DNA from: Octopus sinensis
Taxonomy: Eukaryota
Length of the DNA stretch: 44,389 nucleotides
Direction: 5' to 3'
NCBI RefSeq assembly: GCF_006345805.1
Contig: NW_021835220.1
Span: 1-44,389 of the forward strand
A program made the position numbers and the translations under genes. The notes beneath the pieces were generated by a model. It did not search any database and had not been told where the DNA came from. It worked only from the letters and a program-made list of their open reading frames with translations. Below are positions 32,807 through 44,389 of this stretch, piece after piece. Each line of letters begins with the position of its first letter. The first letter of the stretch is position 1.

Positions 32807-35800
32807 ACGAGGCGTCTGTAACCTGTGGCACGCGTGTCATGTGTAGCACGCGGAACAATTCACAATGGCATGCACACCACTTGGCAAAAAATAAAAGTAA
32901 AATTTTATTTATAACTAACTCTGAGGAAGCGACATCATAATAATTAATTTACATATCTTTTTTACGATCCATCTATTCTAGCCTAAACTATCTGAAGTTA
33001 GTTGTATTTGGTAATATTACATTTCCTTAAACATATAGTACTACTGAACACAATTTTGATACGAAATTATGAATGTTAGCACAATTAATTTGTTTGTAAG
33101 CTGGAGCTGAAAGCATTTATATGTACTTTATTACTGAAGCCGGGAGCTAGAGGTGCGAACGCTTGTTGTTTCGAACTCGGCTGTATATTTAGCAGTGCAG
33201 ATCATACTATGTTAAACTTGGTTGACCACTTTACAGCAGCCAGTCTAAATAAAGACACTCTTTAAAATCGGCTGCTACATTGCGGGTCGTCTATAAGTAG
33301 ACGCTTTTAAAATTATTCTTTCATTTTGGGAAGAAAATGCGGTAACGGGTAGGGTTTTCAAAAGGAATTAAACATGAAAAGTCAAAAACTATAGTTATTT
33401 TCTTAGGTTTCAATTTCTCCTTCGGGAGTCAAGTTGTCTGATCTTTTGGGTATATATTTTTTTGTTTATTCATATCATTTAGTTTAATCTAATTATTTTA
33501 TTATTACAAAAATTAATTCATTAAATTAATTTCATTCTTTTTTACTATTTATTTTATTCTAATTATTTTATTTAGTTATTTTTATTTGTAGAACCTAATT
33601 TAAGGGTTTATACACCTGTCATATCACTTATCAATATATAGTGCCCCAAATTGAATAACAAAGGACCAAAATTTGACGTTCGTTTCAAGATTTCTGGAGC
33701 ACTGAGTATGGATTTGTACAACAAAATCGAGTTGTGTGTGCGTTCTGCTGTGAATTTGTCGTATGTCGTACATCAAGTGTACAAAGACACTATCAAACTA
33801 GACACCAGACTATGTCTAAAAACGCTGATGATAAAAGGCAAATCATAAAAAGGGCTATTTCTAGTTACAATAAAAGCACTTCTGTTTTTGTTCAAATGCT
33901 TGGAACCAACAATGAAGCCAAATAATGTAGTTAGACAATTGCTCAATGTAGAGCTGAGAAAGGTAAACCTTTAACAGTCGGAGAATTTATCAAAAAAGAT
34001 TTTCTGAGAAGTGCAAAACTTTTGTTCAGTGATTAAGCAAACGCTGAATAAATACTGTCTCGAATTCAAGAAATACCAACTTCTGCATGATCAGTTGAGA
34101 GACGTGTAACTGATATAGCTGAAAACATAATTATAACACAGAAAGTTAGATTACAAAATGCTGCTGCATTCAGTGACCCCTATCGATGAAAGTACTCAAG
34201 TGAATGACATGGCGCACCTAGCAATTGTTGCAAGATACTGGGACAATGATCGTATTTACGAAGAATCATGTTGTTTGATTATTCCTCTTACCAATACATC
34301 TACAGGACAGGACATTCTGACTGCATTTCTAAATTATTTCGAAAATCAAGCCATTAATACAAATAAAATATTTTGTATTACTACTGGTGGTGCACGTGCA
34401 GTGGGTGGAAAGGAAAAAAAGATTTATTAAGCGTCTTGAAAATCACATTTCACGCAGTGTAATGTGTTTTAATTGCATTGTACATCAGGAAAATTTAGTT
34501 GCAAAACTTTCGTCACAAAGCTTGAGTTCTGTCGTGGAAACTGTTGTTAAAATAGTTAACTTCATGGTTTCTTGCTCTTCACTGACTCACAGACAATTTA
34601 AGTCTCTTCTGCAGGAACTGGACAGCGAATATGCAGACTTCCCACTTCACAGTAAAGTCCTGCAGCGTAGACTCGGTTAAAATTTCTCTCTCCCATTTAT
34701 TATATATACGTGCATTCGAGAGTAGCACGGAACAGCTAGCCTTTTGCCGCTATTTGGATCCCGTTCTGTCCACTACTCTGATTAGTTGGTATTGGCGCAA
34801 TTTGTCGCGCCAAACTGCCGCGTATAACCAGTCGGAGTCAGCCTGTTCTCTACCCCGTTTTGGCCTATTTCTCCTTATAAACGCTCCCCCTTTTCTCCTT
34901 TCGTCTTTTGGTTCCAGACCTTTTAAGGACTAGCCTCTGACCACAAAGACACAGCCAGTTCCAGAGACTTACCAACTTTGTCCAACAGCATTCCAACAAC
35001 CTCCATCTTCGTCGCTATCACCATGTCCTTAACGTCTTCAACATCATCTCTCTATGTACACAGCTCTGCAAGCGATGCACCCAGGTTCCAACACTTCACT
35101 GTTCATGAATTACTTCATCATGGGTCAACAACAAATATACAACCAGTATGAATTCCTGTACAAGTTCCCCAGGCAGCAGCATCACAGCCACGACATCACG
35201 TTCAACATATACCTCTAATTGTCTCCTACATCTATGAACCCATACGCATACATTCTGTTCTCATGACGGCATGTCTATCGTTCAGTATACATGATGCACA
35301 CACAGACACATCTGTTAACATATCAATAAATCTTCTTTTAATCATTCTACGCGGTTGTCTCCTTTATCCATCTGGCAAATAGATGGTACTATCAATTTTC
35401 TCTTTATTGTAAGGGCTGTGTGATGTGGTACTAAAGAGCCATTCTTGTCAACTCGCATCGCACGGTCCTTACAGTCCGTTGGCTTTGTCGGGGTAATGTT
35501 TTGAACAGATTTGTATCATGCTTAGAAGAATATTTCTTGAAAGGAAACAGTTGCCAGAATTGAACAACGAAGACGGTTTATTTAAACTGATGCTTCTAAC
35601 TGACAGTCACTTGAATGATTAAAATTTGCATTTACAAGAGAGAGGTCAAACAGTACTTGATGTTTTTGAATATTGGAAAGGATTTTGTTAAAATCAGATT
35701 TTTTTTGCGTGATAAACTTAGCAATACATAAAAATACTTTCCAAATGTAAAAGCTTATTCAAATCGATTTAATATTTAATAAAAACGAACTTCAAAAATA

Positions 35801-36135
35801 TATTGCAACGTTGAAAGAAGAATTTTCCAAGTGAGATAAATATTTCGAAACAGATGTTCCTATATTTTCATTTCTCATCAAACCCGACTTTGAGGGATTT
35901 GAAAACGAACTCACTTAATCTCTCACATTTTGGCTAAAAAACAAATATACAGGATAGTTTTGAAGTGGAAATGATTGAATTAACCACTTCAGAATTATGG
36001 GGAAAAAATTTATGGAATTACTAAAATCTCTTGAAAGAAGCAGCTTAGAGAAGTCAGTTGCCATCTTCAATTGCTGGGAGACGTTGCCTGAAAGATTCAA
36101 TTCTTTGAAGAAAATCGCCTCAGCTCTGCTTTCAG
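32807..36135 (+). mobile_element. Decayed hAT transposon (SPIN/Charlie, GTF2IRD2/EPM2AIP1-like transposase), split by a solo LTR, 3' truncated
   Basis: Subterminal ggcacgcgtg motifs; SSVQRHYQTRH, KGKPLTVGEFIK, DESTQVNDMAHLAIVARY, ITTGGARAVGG (TTDGAxAMxG), CIVHQENL, THRQFKSLL, HSKV|RWLCRGNVLNRF, LKKIASALLSV. Many stops. Confidence 0.88.
34661..35473 (+). mobile_element. Solo LTR (813 nt) with 4-bp TSD GTCC
   Basis: TG...CA termini, GTCC at 34657-34660 and 35474-35477, internal TATAAA (about 34875) and AATAAA (about 35325). Removing it restores the HSKVRWL codons of the hAT. Orientation inferred from these signals. Confidence 0.8.
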
Positions 36136-36139
36136 TCCA

Positions 36140-37604
36140 ACATATACAGGATTACCCAAAAACAACAGAACCCATAAAATTTCGGTTTCCGTCTACCAAA
36201 TCCACTCAAAAAGATTTGGTCATTCCGAGACTATAGTAGAAAACAATTTCCCAAAATGCCATGCAGTGGAAACTGAAAAAGGATCTACGTGCTTGCGAAG
36301 TAAGTTTCTTACCACACAGCCACGCCTATGCATGTGTGTTTATGTATAAGTCTATATATAGGATGAAAAGGACAAACAAATATTTAAATAATAGTTCTGA
36401 CGTGCGTGTAACAACGTTATGGTTGCTTGGAACCAAATGCTCACCGACAAATGACCGTCAGGAACAAAGTTATTCTTTTACGTTGCATAGTTATAGAAAG
36501 ATAGAGAGAGAGGGAAAAATAAATCATATATACATGTGTGTGTGTAGATACAAATGTTAAATCTTAAAAGAAAAGTAACAAAAATTTAAAGTCATTTGAG
36601 TGCGACGTTGCTGGAGTGCCACCTCAAAAGACTTAAAGCCGAAGAGCCGAAGAAATTTACCTCTGGGCTTATTTTTTGTAAGCCTGGTACATATTTTATT
36701 GATCGCTTTTGCCGAACAGCTATGTTACGGCGGGCGTAAAAGATCTGATGTCAAACTATGAACGGGTAACAAACAGAGTCACACAGACACACACACACAG
36801 GCAAACACACACACACACAACACTCACACATACACACACACAAACACACTCACACACACACACACACACACACAAATACGACACACACACTCACACAAAC
36901 ATATGTATATATTTATAAAACGGACTTCCTTTGTGTCCGTCTACAATACCCAGTCGCAAGTCTTTGCTCAGCCCGTGGCTATAGTAGAAGACACTTTCCC
37001 AGGTTCCCATGCAGCGAAATTAAACCTGGATCTATGTGCTTGCGGAGCAAGTTTCTTACCACACAGCCACCCCTATGCATGTGTGTTTATGTATAAGTCT
37101 ATATATAGTGAGAAAAGGACAAACAAATGTTTAAATAATAGTTCTTACGTGCGTGTAACAACGTTATGGTTGCTTGGAACCAAATGCTCACCGACAAACG
37201 ACCGCCAGGAACAACGTTATTCTATTACGTTGCATAGTTATAGAAAGATAGAGAGAGAGGGAAAAATAAATCATATATACATGTGTGTGTGTAGATACAA
37301 ATGTTAAATCTTAAAAGAAAAGTAACAAACATTGTTTGTCTCTTTGCGTTCTGAGTTCTGAATCCAATTAGTCGACTGTCCACCTCCCCCACAAAACACA
37401 ACCACTGGCATTCTACCTAAGCCAGAAACCACTTTATAGGAGGCAATCTAGGATTTCAGGACAAAGAATTGCTACGCGCGGGGTCATATGTAATCATGTA
37501 TGGTTATAAAGATGCATGAGGATATATATACATAAACAAACACGCACAACTATATGTGTGTGTATGAGTGTGTGTGCATGTGAGTGTGTGTATGTACGTA
37601 CGTT

Positions 37605-37656
<52 letters not shown>

Positions 37657-38091
37657 ATGAATGTATATGTGAGCGTGTATCTACATGTATGTGAATACAT
37701 GCACAAGGGTACGAGGCGAAACATTCAAACACACACATATATATATAAATATATATAGGTATATAAATACATATATATATATTCATACGCGTTTAGATAT
37801 ATACACACGCATATATAAATGTGTATTCTTTTTCTTTAATTCTGTTACTTGTTGAAGTCATTTGCTACGCCCATGATGGAGCACCATATCAAAAGCCTTT
37901 AAGCCTAATAAATTGACATCAGGGCTTATTCTTTGTAAGCCAAGTACTTATTTTATTGGCCTCTTTTGCCGAACCGCAATGTTAAGGAGGGGGCGTGAAA
38001 ACCTGCTGTCAAGATATGAAAGGGTAACAAACATAGTCGCGAAGACAGACACACACATACAAAACAAACAAACTCACACACACTTATGCAT

Positions 38092-38168
<77 letters not shown>

Positions 38169-38175
38169 ATAATAT

Positions 38176-38244
<69 letters not shown>

Positions 38245-38660
38245 CGAACTTCTTTCGGTTTTTTCGTGTACCAAATCCACTCGTACGGTTTTGGTCAGCC
38301 CGAAGCTATAATAGAAGACACTTTCCCAAATTGCCATGCAGTGAAACTGAACCTGAAACTATCTGCTTGTGAAGCATCTATCTTACCACATAGCCACGCC
38401 TATGCATGTGTGTTTATATATAAGTCTTTATACAGGATGAACAAGACGAACAAATGTTTAAATAATAATTCTGACGTGCATGTAACAATGTTATGGTTGC
38501 TTGGAACCAAATGCTCACCGACAAATGATTGTCAGGAACAACATTATTCTATTAAGTTGAATAGTTATAGAATGATAGAGAGAGAGGGAAAAATAAATCA
38601 TATATACATGTGTGTGTAGATACAAATGCTAAATCTTAAAAGAAAAGTAACAAAAATTTA
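36140..38660. repeat. Local triplication of a SINE + about 260-nt module (copies near 36140-36590, 36590-37330, 37855-38660)
   Basis: tatgcatgtgtgtttat...tggttgcttggaaccaaatgctcaccgacaaa...aaatcttaaaagaaaagtaacaaa present three times with moderate divergence. Confidence 0.9.
37590..38242. repeat. (TA)n microsatellites (about 37607-37653 and 38095-38242) with (TG)n flanks
   Basis: Direct reading. Confidence 0.95.
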
Positions 38661-40234
38661 TTTACCTTTATAAAGCCGACTCCAAATATTACTTCAGTTT
38701 CAAATTTTTTTACAGAAATTAAAAGTCTTATCCACTTATCTGAATATTCTATTGCCTCATATAAATTTTTTGTCTCACCTTCCAGCTTCTATCCGAAATG
38801 CATACTGAATGAAATATCCTGTTGTAATAATTCTCTATATTTTTTAAACGAGAGTGGCAGTATTTTCCCTTGATGTATGTGATTGGCTGAAATACTTTAA
38901 TATCCGGAAAATAAATCCATATTCCAGCTAGTCACCATTCCTACACGTCAAGTGTTGAAATGGTCGCTGTGTAACATAAGATGAAGTGTTCTGCGCACAA
39001 TACACCACTCGTCCCAGGATCTGAAATCATGACCTTAATCACGATTTCATGTGTCCTCGACTTCAATTATATTACCAAAATGGTATTTTTCATATGTCCT
39101 GGCAACACCCAGAGAATATTCTTATCTACTTGACGCTTTTCTAAAACAAACGCCATTGTTTTTATCGATTATTGGGATTGCGATATCTGCTCAAAGACAC
39201 GACCTCATCTCTCTAGTTACTAAAATGCAAACCCAACCAATTTTCCTCGTTTCCCAGAATATATTTCAGTTGGTTGTAAAGTATTCTAGTTGTTCACTGG
39301 CGGAAAGACTATGACCGCAGGCGTTTCGGTCATGATCATCCCGTTGATTTATTTACATCGTAATGTGTGTTCTATTCTTTCCGTGGTTAAGACGGTAGGG
39401 TGGTAGACAATGGAATATCATTGTCTCAAATGCTTACGATAGGGCTGATAGCGCAAATGTTCAAGTAATGGACATTCATTAGTCCTGAAACCTATATTTG
39501 CAATAATTATTGTAATGCATCACATGATGTGGATTTTAATTTCCATAGATCTCTCCGAAATATTAGTCCGACCTTACTATCAAGATGACGCATCAATTTA
39601 TTAAATGACATCTAGGCCTGAATTATTCTGCTACTAGCAGAAGAATGAAAGCGATATATTCTACGTGGTTTACTCTCCATGTGTGTAACTTTCATGTTCA
39701 TGGGTTATCTCAAGTGCAGCATTCTCTGTATGGTTTAGGGGCGTCCAGTTCACCCTGTGTAACTTGCCGGAGGTCTCACACAGCAGATGCAGGTATTAGA
39801 GGGTAAAGACGGTACTGAATCCCTAAGCTGTTCACGTGTGAATCCGCATATCAATTTATTATTATTCCATATACAAACAACAGTTTATATTGTGTGAGTA
39901 CGTTTGTGTATATATATATATATATATATACACAATTAAGATTTTGCTTACAAACTTTGTCTCCCCTTTCAGCTTCCTTTCAGCAACCATAACCATGTCT
40001 CAATATTACTATTTCCTGCAACTATCTTTGCCAATCTACCAGGGAAAAACATTCTCTTGTCAATTAGATAATCTCTCTTCTTTTTTCTGGTTTTAATTTC
40101 ATTTGGCTTTTTCCTTTCCTGTCTCCTACTGTAACTCTTGCAACTCATAAATTATATTCACTATTATATACATCAACTCTAGCTAACTCTATGGTACCTT
40201 CTGCTGATATTAAACCTCACCCACCTTCGTTATT

Positions 40235-40468
40235 CTAAGTAAATCTTGCTCTTCGTAATCGAGGCTGAAGTCCTCCATTCATATCGAATTCCTTCCTAGT
40301 TATTTTGTCAAGATTTGCAAATTGAGATCTTTTCCAATCAACAAAAACTGCTGAATACCGAAGTAACCATACTTCCCAAAGTTTTACAACCTTTACTAGA
40401 TTTAGAACACTAAGCTTTCCCTTTATTAGCTTCTTTTCCCTTCCGATGTACTCCTTATCTATTTCCAT
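40235..40468 (-). mobile_element. Old R4/Dong/CRE-type LINE fragment (post-RT region)
   Basis: WLLRYSAVFVDWKRSQFANLDKITRK resembles the AVxVLRYSAGIVDW...LDRKTRK segment of REL-type non-LTR elements. Confidence 0.55.
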
Positions 40469-41204
40469 CGTTAGGACACTCTCAGATTCTAATACTCAGA
40501 AGCACTTATGATTCTCTGCCTTCAGTGATTTTACTCTCTTGCTATCTGACATTCACTGCTGACTATCTGTCCCCTTTTTATGACTTATGTGGCGCACATA
40601 TCTATGCCAAATTCCTATATGTTTGCTGAAGAATCTTACAATTCTTGTTCCTATAGATATACACACTTATGTGTGAATATATATAGGAATATGCCACTGC
40701 ATATATGTGTGCATATGTTAGTGCGTGTATGTATATGTAGGTCTCTCTCTCTATGCATGTCTGTGTATACATTCGTCCCCTTAACCCCTAAGTCAAACAC
40801 ATCCTCACTATAAAAACTAATCTCTATATACTCTCATATGTTTCTCATTCGCCAAATAATAGACTCTTCCAAGGCCTTCCAAATCTGATTCACTTTCTAT
40901 TCAAAGATGCAACTGTTAACTTCCATTATCCTTTGCCAGGGACTTTCCTGGAAACTTTACTAACTCTTCGATCACGAAAATACCCAACACATTTATCTGA
41001 GAATTCCATGGTTTCCCAAAAGACTGGTAACGAATAATATCCTCGATAAAGGATATTATGCATTTCTGCATTTTCTTCTTCTTTCTCCAATAACGGAATG
41101 ATTTGCTCAGATGGAATTCTTTACTCAATAACATGCTTAGCTATTCTAGAAACAGCTATAAAAGACTTTGCCAATTTCTATAACCACTCTGCACAGTTCT
41201 TTTA

Positions 41205-41580
41205 TTTGTTTCAGCCATTTCACTGCGGCCATGCTGGAGCCCTGCCTTTTTAATCGAACTTATTATTTGTAAGACTTGTACTTATTCTATGCGTCTCCTT
41301 TACTGAACCACTAAATTACGGGGACGTAAATTCACCAACATCGGTTGTCAAGCGATGTTGGTGGACAAACACAGACACACAAACTCACACACACACACAC
41401 ACACCCACGCACATGATGGTCTTCTTTCAGTTTCAGTCTTCCAGATCCACTAACAAGGCTTAGGTCGGCCCGAGGCTATAGTAGAACGCATTTTCCCAGT
41501 GTGCCACGCAGTGGGACTGAACCCCGAACCATGTGATTGGTAAGCACGCTACTTACTAAACAGCCACTCCTGCACCTATA
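41205..41580 (-). mobile_element. tRNA-derived SINE (octopod-type family 1), near full length with internal (CA)n
   Basis: Reverse complement has A-box-like tggctgtttagt and B-box-like ggttcagtccc, then actgcgtggcac...ctactatagcctcgggccgacc. Related copies at 36185-36330, 36940-37075, 38255-38400, 41990-42130 and 42515-42655. Confidence 0.8.
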
Positions 41581-42151
41581 CTTATATTATAAATTATAAA
41601 ATGAATGTTCTTGATTAACGCTAAATATTTTTCTTGATCATTATCTGTTATAATTTATGTCCCTCCGCTCAATGATCAACCACTTCATATCACCTTTGAT
41701 ACACAATTTCTGCACCACATTTTTCTGTTCAAGCCGGTGTTTTAGTGGTAAACCAAACTGAGCAGTCACACTACATACGACCTTTTACATGATTTTCTTT
41801 TGTATGAACGCTAAGGTATAATATATACTTTTATGTGGCTTTGGGGAGTGGCATGAAACGGATTTCTTCTATTTGTATGTGCTTCAATTACTTGTGTAAC
41901 GAACAATTGCTTCAACGAACATGGCTCGGAAAGGATTATGTGTATATATAAAGATGCCACTGGTTTGAGAAGTTTTGAGTCGAATTAATTCTGTACTTAA
42001 TTTTTTAAGCCTGGTACTTATGTTATTGGCGTATTTTGGTGAACCGCTAAGTTACCAGAACGTAAATACACCAACACAGGTCGTCAAGCGGTGGGACAAA
42101 CACGGACACAAGGACACATACAGACTGATACATACAGATAGACATATATTG

Positions 42152-42485
42152 GCATAGGAGTGGCCGTAGAGTAAGAAGCACATGGTTCCGGGTTCAGTCC
42201 CACTGCGTGACACCTTGCATGAGTGTCTTCTACTATAGCCTAGGGCCGACCAAAACCATGTGAGTGGATTTCATAGATGGAAACTCAAATAGGCCCGTCA
42301 TATGTATGTGTCTATATTTGTCCCTACACCATCCCCTGACAACCGATGTTGGTGTGCTTACGTCCCTTTAACCTAGCGGTTCTGGAAAAGAGACCGATAG
42401 AATAAGTACAAAGCTTTAAATGATTAAGTCCTAGGGTCGATTTGTTCGACTAAAGGCGGAGCTCCAACATGGCCGCAGTCAAATG
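42152..42485 (+). mobile_element. tRNA-derived SINE family 1 copy
   Basis: ggagtggccgtagagtaagaagc...ggttccgggttcagtcccactgcgtg head; tail ...ctccaacatggccgcagtc. Confidence 0.8.
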
Positions 42486-43142
42486 ACTGAAAGAAGTAAA
42501 AGAATAGTCACGATGGGCTTCTTTCAGTTTCCATCTACAAAGTCCACTTATGAAGAGTCCAATGGCCACAGGAGAAGACATGTGCTTAGTGTGCCACGCA
42601 GTGGAACTGAACCCGAAACCAGATTTGGAAGCAAGCGTCTTACCAGACAGCCGCGCCTAAACATGCCCCCCTACACAGATTGAATCCAAGGAAACACGCA
42701 AAAAGATGAGACACTCTCCAAGCCGTTCACTTTATAATTTGCTAAAACTATTTACATGGTGTCCGTTAGTGAGTAATGCTGTGTTTTGTTTTATTTCTCC
42801 TACACATTGATTTCAAATTTTGGCACAACACCAGCAATTTCGGGAGAGGGAGTAAGTTGATTACATCGACCCCAGTACTTAACTGATATTGATTTCATCG
42901 ACCCCGAAAGGATAAAAGGCAAAGACAACCTCGGCGGAATATTTCTACTTAATATTTAATATCATTACGTTCATGCATTTTTGAAATTGGGTGTTAAAAC
43001 AGAAATTCTTCTATTTGGAGATGGTCGTATGTTGCCAATGAAACACGCGCAATATATATTTGATCTTCACTTCATTATTATTATTGTTGTTGTTGTTATT
43101 GGTACGCCGGGCTAAACGCTTAGAAGTATTTCGTTTCCCCGA

Positions 43143-43495
43143 AGGCGGCGAGCTGGCAGAAATGTTAGCACGTCGGGCGAAATGCTTTGCAGTATTTCGT
43201 CTGAGGTTACGTTCTGAGTTCAAATTCCGCCGAGGTCGACATTGCCTTTCATCCTTTCGGGGACGATTAAATAAGTACCAGTTACGCACTGGTGTCGATA
43301 TAATCGACTTATTCCGTTTGTCTGTCCATGTTTGTCCTCTCTGTGTTTAGCCCTTTGTGGGCAGTAAAGAAATAGGTATTTCGTCTCTCACTACGTTCTG
43401 AGTTCAAATTCCGTCGAGGTCGACTTCGCCTTTATTCTTTTCGGGGACGATAAATTAAGTACCAGTTACACACTGGGACCGATGTAATGGACTTG
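43143..43495 (+). mobile_element. Two tandem copies of tRNA-derived SINE family 2 (43143-43310 and partial 43370-43495)
   Basis: gagctggcagaa A-box-like and gagttcaaattcc B-box, followed by gccgaggtcgac..gcctttcatcctttcgggg..gataaataagtaccagt. Reverse copies at about 28121-28285 (LRR gene intron) and 42838-42945. Confidence 0.8.
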
Positions 43496-43520
43496 TCCTT
43501 AGGCTTCCAGTAGAAAGGAT

Positions 43521-44259
<739 letters not shown>

Positions 44260-44389
44260 TATGTTTGACTTTTGCTTTATATTTGTACAAGTTGGCTCCA
44301 AGTATCACCCAGAGACCTCAAGAGACAACAGGGTTGGAAGTTCATGTTGTTGTTATGCCTAGTGTGCCATATATTTGGGGGGTGGGGAT

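Noticed and set aside
36417-36436. atggttgcttggaaccaa in the triplicated module resembles atggttgctatgttgttggaaccaa of the GS-type LRR exons
   Set aside because: Two short matches separated by a 7-nt gap, with no surrounding similarity; compatible with chance.
37494-38337. YIYIYI-type ORFs
   Set aside because: Translations of (TA)n and (TG)n microsatellites.
40916-41134. 72-aa minus-strand ORF MLLSKEFHLSKSFRY...
   Set aside because: No recognisable motif and no supporting splice or start context; the length is within chance expectation.

Overview
Eukaryotic, intron- and repeat-rich genomic DNA. The tRNA-derived SINEs and the microsatellite density resemble octopod cephalopod genomes; this is inferred from recalled repeat motifs, not from a search. 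Positions 1-25 kb look like junk low-complexity satellite, and almost every ORF in the supplied track there is an artefact. They are in fact a tandem array of about 2.1-2.75 kb cassettes. Each cassette carries one tiny minus-strand leucine-rich-repeat (LRR) exon (72 nt, phase 2-2, canonical AG/GT) and one 1.2-1.7 kb polypurine/polypyrimidine tract. Eleven LRR exons (the last cut by the window edge) splice in frame onto a signal-peptide plus LRRNT exon at 28740-28930. The product is a secreted or cell-surface LRR protein of at least 310 aa whose 3' end lies left of the window. Amino-acid variation between cassettes is concentrated at the exposed x positions of the LxxLxLxxN beta-strand, while the splice-flanking intron sequence is near-invariant. 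That strand is split across exon junctions. The architecture suggests a rapidly diversifying, possibly combinatorially spliced recognition receptor; the function is inference. Positions 25-44 kb are a nested transposon graveyard: Penelope, Helitron-type non-autonomous elements, a Tx1/L1-like LINE interrupted by mariner, a hAT interrupted by a solo LTR, Dong/R4 fragments in (TAA)n, SINEs and microsatellites, plus a locally triplicated module.
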